A DNA stretch of 63,713 nt, counting the filler, from Craspedostauros australis (Eukaryota): assembly GCA_030167865.1 (NCBI GenBank). It is 15 parts of 15 records of this genome, joined end to end, with 100 filler letters (N's around TTAATTAATTAA, not from the genome) between each part and the next. Parts side by side here need not be neighbours in the genome. Positions count along the whole stretch, not along the records: positions 57,499 to 59,222 come from JALAGF010001067.1; positions 59,323 to 60,706 come from JALAGF010001068.1; positions 60,807 to 61,889 come from JALAGF010001069.1; positions 61,990 to 63,713 come from JALAGF010001072.1; 11 more parts are not named here. One strand, 5' to 3'. Both the position numbers and the translations under genes were made by a program. Position 1 is the stretch's first letter. Each line of letters begins with the position of its first letter. This document shows, piece by piece, positions 57,499 through 63,713 of the stretch. Under the pieces are notes generated by a model that worked only from the letters and a program-made list of their open reading frames with translations, had not been told where the DNA came from and did not search any database.

Positions 57499-59140
57499 CA
57501 TTAGTTACACTAAACACATAAGCTTCGGAGATAAACGCTACTGGACCCTGATCGTGGACGACTGCACGGATCACTGCTGGAGCTTCTTTCTCAAGAACAA
57601 GAGTGATCAACCAGGATACATCAAACGATTCGTCCAAACGATCAAATCACACACTGGTGACCAACAGATCATCTTCCGAGGTGACAACAGCGGAGAGAAC
57701 AAATCCACGCAGGATATTCTCATCGACGCAGGACTGACCGTGAAATTCGAATTCACAGCATCGAACACGCCGCAACAGAACGGTAGAGTAGAACGCAAGT
57801 TCGCGTACCTCTACACCAAGATCCGCTCCATGCTCAACGGAGCACAGCTCGACAAAGAGTATAGGCATGGCCTGTGGGCAGCAGCTGCTAGCACTGCCAC
57901 CGCCATCGCCAACATCACCATAGCGAAGAATCAAAAGGAGTCACCACATAGACAATTCTTCGGCAACGATCCACCATACGCGGATGCACTCCGCACATTT
58001 GGAGAGGTGGGTGTTGTGAAGACTACCTACGGCGGGATCACCGCAAAACTCAAGAATAGAGGAGAAGAGATGGTGTTCATCGGGTATGCACACCAACATG
58101 CATCAGGGGTCTACAACATGTACAGACCATCGACCAAGTCACTCATCTGCTCACGCGACATCAAGTGGCTCAACCAATCATACGGACAGTTCCGTGGCTG
58201 GGCGCCAGCACCGAACATATCCAACGAAACAGGAACAACGGACGCAGACGGCTTCACAACCATCGGACGGAAGGGAGCAACACCAAGAACGGCAACGCGT
58301 CAAACATCGAAAACAAAGAGAGTATCTTTTGCTGACAGCAACATGTACTACATCCTATCGGACAGCGAAGATGAGGATAATGAGGACGACGGAGCAGTAA
58401 CTCAACTAGTCCATAACGACGAGGAGGATCGGAGCGAATCCAATCACGAGGATGACGAGATCATACCATCCAACGATGAAGCCGAAGATGACACAGGCGT
58501 TACTCCTCCGAATACACCAGCGAGGTCTACACATGGCACACCATCCAGACCTCCACCGAGCAAGCCAAGCAAGCGTGACATAGCTAGAAAGGAGAGGATC
58601 CGACGTCATGAAGCACGAGGCAGGAAGGGAGAAGCTAATCCCAAGTCAACTACAGGGAAGAGCATTCCCATAGCTCTGCGTGAGCTCGCAGACTTCAACG
58701 AACGAGGTCGAAAGGAAGAGGGCTATGAGAGCGATCCATCATCCAACGAAGATAGTGACGAACTCAACGACGAGATGATCGACGATTCCAACAACGAAAC
58801 TACAGATGACGAAGAAATTGCAGATGAAGGAGAGATTGAGATCACTCACTATAGCACAACAGGACTATACGGGATGAACGCAATCATCAATGACGCACCA
58901 GCGATCGATATCGGATTATCGATGCAGGACGAGAACAAGGAACCAGAGAAGCACATCGAACCAACGACATTCGATGGAGCCTTCAATCATCCAGATCCCA
59001 TCCATCGAAAGGGATATCGAGCAGCCATCAAGAAGGAGTTCGACTCCATGGACACACGCAAGGTGTACAGCAAGATCAAACGAGACGCCATCCCACGCGG
59101 CCGCAGATGCTGCAAATGCAAATGGGTCTTCAAGCTGAAG
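57499..59140 (+). mobile_element. Ty1/copia pol fragment: integrase core, linker and start of RT
   Basis: YWTLIVDDCTDHCWSFFLKNKS, RGDNSGEN, EFTASNTPQQNGRVERKF, KLKNRG..FIGYA, SRDIKWL, AIKKEFDSM, CKWVFKLK. Confidence 0.95.
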
Positions 59141-59222
59141 TGTTAGAACGTAATCGTAGATGGGTGTGAAGGATACCGCACCGAGAACGTAGAGTGATCA
59201 AGTCGTTGTTGTTGGTGAGGAG
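59141..59222. mobile_element. Probable terminus of a second LTR element nested in the RT gene
   Basis: Pol homology ends abruptly after KWVFKLK and the sequence switches to TGTTAGAACG..., a TG-start typical of copia LTRs. Confidence 0.55.
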
Positions 59223-59322
59223 NNNNNNNNNNNNNNNNNNNNNNNNNNNNNNNNNNNNNNNNNNNNTTAATTAATTAANNNNNNNNNNNNNNNNNNNNNN
59301 NNNNNNNNNNNNNNNNNNNNNN

Positions 59323-60706
59323 ACCGTTTGGTATGACGCTTTTCGCGCTGGTACGGAATTTACCGCCACGGGCCTCAAGCCATTTCTGTGCCATCTTCGT
59401 GACCTCACGGACGTATCGCTGGGATCCCATGCTCCACTTCGGCCGCTCTGGTTCTGCTGTGAGATGGAACGGAGCGATTGTAGAGCCGAGGTATGTTGTT
59501 GGTGGACCGATCGAGGCAGGTTTGAGAAAGAAGTAAGAACCAATGTGTGAGAGTATCGCGCTGGGATCTTTGGAGATCGCCAGAATGTCATCAGTGTACA
59601 CGAGGATGTACTCGTAATATTCAGACCCATCGCTCGTNACNGNTGGCTTNATCCAAACATCGCTGTCTGCACGACACGAGGTGAATCCGAGTGAGTTCTG
59701 CAGTGTCTCTGCAAGGTGCGCCCTCCAGGCAGCGCCGCTTGATTTGAGCCCATAGAGTGCGCGACAGACTATTGCTACCTTGCCTGCGTCTGCCCCGAAC
59801 TCAGGTCCACATGTTGTGTAGACGCGTTCGCGGCATAGCGCGTTGAGGTATGCGTTCATTACATCTGCCGCAAGCACATCGAGGTCGTTCAGCGCCGCCA
59901 AGAGGAATGCGATTCGAACGCTTTCGCGTGTCACCACACTGGCATATGTTATGCTGGATGGTGCTTCAGTCATGTGACCNCCTGCCACAAGTCGNGCCTT
60001 NCGTGTGAGGTCGACTTTGATATCGAAGATCATGTGACATGCAATGTAGGTGTATCCGACTGGTGGCTTCGTGTCTTCGGTCTTGATGTCGAACGCTGGT
60101 CGAACGTTCTTCATCTCCTTCTCTAACGCTTTGCGCCAGAAGTCGGTTCCTGTTTCCTCGTCAATTGCAAGAGCTCGTTGGACGCTCTTCGGTAGTTCGA
60201 GACCATATTTCTCATTTCGTCGGAAGTATCGTTTACGGTTGGCCATCAGGATGCGGTTGCGCCGCTTCATTGTGTATGGAACCCACCATCGAAAGGCAGG
60301 CTCATTGGTGAGCTGGTTGTTGGTTGCATATTCGGCTGTCTTCACAGGGTCAGCCTCCTTGGCATCGCGTAAGTGAATCCATGATGTAGACCCGTCTTTC
60401 CATAACACACACAGCTTCCATCCCTTGGTCGTCTTCGTGGTCGTCTTGTCATCAGCGGTTGCTGCGGTTGGGAGTCGCTTATGGTCGATGATGTCCTCCA
60501 TCAAGAGTGTTGTGTATCCGTCGTCATCTGTTCGCGCGTAGATATTTTCCGCGATCTGATTCGCATTGAATACTTCGCTGTGCCCGTCGACAAATTCAAC
60601 CTCATACATGGACGTGTCAAGCAGTGGATTTGAATGTGAGTGACCAATCAGCTTCCCGCTCGCATCGCGTTTTCGGCGCTTCACAGTACCAAATTGGATG
60701 TCATCA
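59323..60706 (-). mobile_element. CoDi-type Ty1/copia pol fragment: chromo-like segment plus reverse transcriptase
   Basis: NPLLDTSMYEVEF, TTKGWKLCVLWKDGSTSW, EPAFRWWVPYT, CHMIFDIK, YASVVTRESVRIAF, RALYGLKSSGAAWR, ILVYTDDIL. Confidence 0.95.
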
Positions 60707-60806
60707 NNNNNNNNNNNNNNNNNNNNNNNNNNNNNNNNNNNNNNNNNNNNTTAATTAATTAANNNNNNNNNNNNNNNNNNNNNNNNNNNNNNNNNNNNNN
60801 NNNNNN

Positions 60807-61889
60807 AAGAACAAGGACAAGTCCCAGCGTCAGACCAACAAGTCAGTTGGCACTGACAAGAACCCATCGGTCCCCGCTTCTGGGGAGACCAGTACCAAGA
60901 ACAACGCTGCCCCCGGTGACGCTATCAAGCGTATGCTGGCGAACACCCAAACAAGCAAGAGTGAAGAGATCACAGTCGACGGAAAGGTCTATCGCGCTGT
61001 GAACATCACTGATGTTCGCTACAGCTTCAACAAGGCCACCACCAACATGTCTGGTTCCCTGATTGACAGTGGAGCGAACGGAGGTCTCGCTGGAGACGAT
61101 GTTGTGGTCCTGGACAGGACTGGGCATACNGCGGATATCAACGGGATCGGTGATGCCACGATCGTCAACCTCGACATCGGTACCGTGGCTGGCCTCGNCA
61201 TGTCGACTGAAGGACCCATCATCGCGAAGTTCTACCAGTATGCCATCCATGGGAAAGGCAAGACAATCCATTCCTCCAACCAACTCGGAGCGTTTGGGTT
61301 GGATGTGAACGAGCATCCAAGCAGCCTACCAGGTGGTCGTCAATCCATCATCGTGCCAGACGGACACATCATCCCTCTCGCAATCAGACAAGGTCTGTCC
61401 TACATGGACATGCGTCCACCCACAGCCAAAGAGATGGACACCTATCCGCACGTTGACTTCACGGCGGATGAGGTTTGGGACCCATCCGCACTCGATCAAG
61501 AAACCCTGACGGCAGAACAGTCACTCGATGAAAATTCTGACGAAACTCCTGATTTCCAGGACGCCCTTAAGGTTTCCAAGACCAAGAAATCTGGTGAGAT
61601 GACGACACCTGTTTCCATCCAACGTACGCCAATCGACTACGAGGCGCTCCGCCCACGTTTTGGTTGGATCCCTGCTCTACGCATCCGAGACACGCTCCGC
61701 TGTACCTCCCAATGGTACCGCTCCTCCGAGCGCTTTGCGATGCGTAAGCATTTCAAGACAAGATTCCCAGCAGCCAACGTCAACCGTCTCCACGAGACGG
61801 TGGCGATGGACACACTCTTTTCAGATACACCAGCACACGATGATGGTGTTCCAGGACATGGTGGGTGTACCATGATCCAGATCTACGTT
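60807..61889 (+). mobile_element. CoDi-type Ty1/copia gag-pol fragment: aspartic protease and start of integrase
   Basis: LIDSGANGGLAGDD (protease DSG), GKGKTIHSSNQL, IPLAIRQGLSYMDMRPPT, LRPRFGWIP, RFPAANVNRLHETVAMDTLFSDTPA. Confidence 0.93.
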
Positions 61890-61989
61890 NNNNNNNNNNN
61901 NNNNNNNNNNNNNNNNNNNNNNNNNNNNNNNNNTTAATTAATTAANNNNNNNNNNNNNNNNNNNNNNNNNNNNNNNNNNNNNNNNNNNN

Positions 61990-63713
61990 TCTTTCTTCAC
62001 CTTTACTTCCCTCTCTCTCACCATCGTCATCAATCCATTGCTAACCGCAATCAGATGATGTGGCCCTTGTGTCCTCAACCCGATGTTGTTCATCAGCTGA
62101 GTCTGGAAGCGGATCTCATTTCCAGCCTCCGATAGTGCGACGTGCTCTGCCTCCGTTGAGCTGAGTGTCACACTGTGCTGTGCTCGATCTCCAGATGATC
62201 GGCACTCCTTGTAGTAGGACGATATGTCCTCCCATGCTGATGCGGTTGTCCTTGTCACCACCGAATTCGTTGTTGGTGTAGATCACAATCTTTCATGCAT
62301 CGTTCTCCAATGGACTTGGCTTCATCCGTAGTCCATATTCTTTCCTGTCCGACATGTACTTCATGATCCTCAGCATTTCCTTGTATGCTGCAGCTGTTGG
62401 CTCCATCCAACATCTTGGTCAGATCTCGCGTTGCATTGGCGATGTCGGGTTGGAAGTGCTTCATTTGATATTGCAGCATACCTACTCCACTTCAGTATCT
62501 GCTGTGTCGGTCTCTGTCCACCTTGGGCGAATCGCTATCTCTTTGGATGCCTTGCCCTGGCGTTTCTGGTGTTCCTGGTGTGTCGTACCATTGCAATTTC
62601 ATCACATCGTCCTTGAATGTGTCGGTGATGAGTGGTTGGTTCACCCAGCAGTTGGTCTCGTCAAGGTTGGATACGATCTTGCAGCTGATGTAGCCTTTGA
62701 GATCTTCCGCCGCCTTGATACCAAACCGCTCTGCTTTGATGTCTCCCTTGAGTTTCTTCAACTCCTGTTCGTCCTCGATGCATAGGCAGTCGCCGACGTA
62801 GGTTCCAATCAATAGCAGTCTCCCTTCCTGATTCCGAATCAGAAGGCATGGATCAACTTGGCTTAGTCCGAATCCCAATTTGAGTAGGGTGTCGACCAGC
62901 TTCTTCCATTGTCTTGCCCTTTGCACGAGTCTGTTGATCGTCTTCTTGAGTAACAGTCATTCGCTCTCACCATGCTTCATGGCCTTCCGGCAAAGCATGT
63001 AGACCTCCTCTTCAAGATCTCCATGTAGAAATTCTGTCTCAAGGTTGATAGTGGTGCTGTCCAATGTTCAGTAGCATCTTCATTGTGAGCATTCCGCGGT
63101 AGGTTGCGTCATGCATCATGGGTGTGTTGCGTTGAGGAGTCGACTCCTGCGATCTGCGAGTATCCGCATGCAATGAGTCTGGCGATGAATACGCTGTTCC
63201 TCTTCTCCTTGAATACCCCCTTTGGCTTCACGCATCGCCGATCTCTCGGCATCTGGTCCTTCTTGATCTTCTGCCAGACTCCTCGTCTGACCATGTCGTA
63301 GAACTCCTTATTGATGGCATCTCGCCATTTCTTTTGCTTCGCTGGATCCGCATGATCCCAGCATTCTTCGGATGTGGTGGGGTCCAGCATCATAGCCGTG
63401 TATGCATGCTCGGACGTCTNNNNNNNNNNNNNNNNNNNNNNNNNNNNNNNCTCTGTTTCCTCAGCTGACTCACCACCTCCACTGCTTGAATCTGTGTCGG
63501 AGTGGTGTTCTGGCATGTTGTTGTGCGGTGCCAAGCCGCGTAGCATCCGTGGCATCCTTGCCACTGGTCTCATGGGATAGTACTCGAGGTCCGTGCCTTC
63601 AGCAGCTTGCCTCCGAGTTACTCGTACTCCGTCCCTTCCGCTAGTCAGGATCCACATGATCCTATCATTCCTTAGGCGCATATAGACTCGGCATCATTCC
63701 AGTGTTGATGTGC
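61990..63713 (-). pseudogene. Degenerate Ty1/copia RT-RNase H remnant
   Basis: Fragments WRDAINKEFYDM, FIARLIACGYSQIAGVD, ARQWKK..DPCL..GTYVGDCL (YVDD mutated), PDIANATRDL and VTLSSTEAEHVALSEA lie in different frames with stops. Confidence 0.9.

Noticed and set aside
18186..61989. Regularly recurring TTAATTAATTAA motif, which could be mistaken for a CRISPR repeat or piggyBac target
   Set aside because: It is always centred in a fixed 100-nt N block and gives stops in all six frames, so it is an assembly linker. Clustering of features across linkers is not biological.

Overview
This is eukaryotic nuclear DNA, almost certainly from a diatom, probably a pennate. The evidence is GT-AG introns, an ASAFAP-type plastid presequence, a SELMA-type Derlin, CoDi-type Ty1/copia elements and cyclase-phosphodiesterase fusions. 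The window is not contiguous: 15 contigs are joined by 14 artificial 100-nt linkers (N44-TTAATTAATTAA-N44), so adjacency across a linker means nothing. Two long gene-rich contigs carry the host genes. Contig 1-18185 holds an NCA2/DGS1 gene, a tandem-duplicated imidazoleglycerol-phosphate dehydratase (IGPD), a pseudo-Nudix, a TAF4-like gene and sDer1. Contig 27477-45490 holds a Rec114/PHS1-like gene, a UBL-WLM protease, SDF2, an RNI-like LRR gene, a PI-PLC-X gene and receptor cyclase-PDE genes. The short contigs are mostly mobile DNA (four copia/CoDi pol fragments, three insertions of one LTR, a LINE 3' end, a near-complete piggyBac-like element). They also contain ankyrin and vWA genes, a plastid-targeted gene, two near-identical cyclase-PDE copies and a pseudogene with only TGA stops. 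Main findings: (1) an IGPD fusion whose two halves keep complementary, non-overlapping sets of catalytic residues; (2) a candidate diatom Rec114/PHS1 meiotic DSB factor; (3) a piggyBac-family element whose outer inverted repeats are not TTAA|CCC. All family calls come from recognising motifs by eye; no database search was run.
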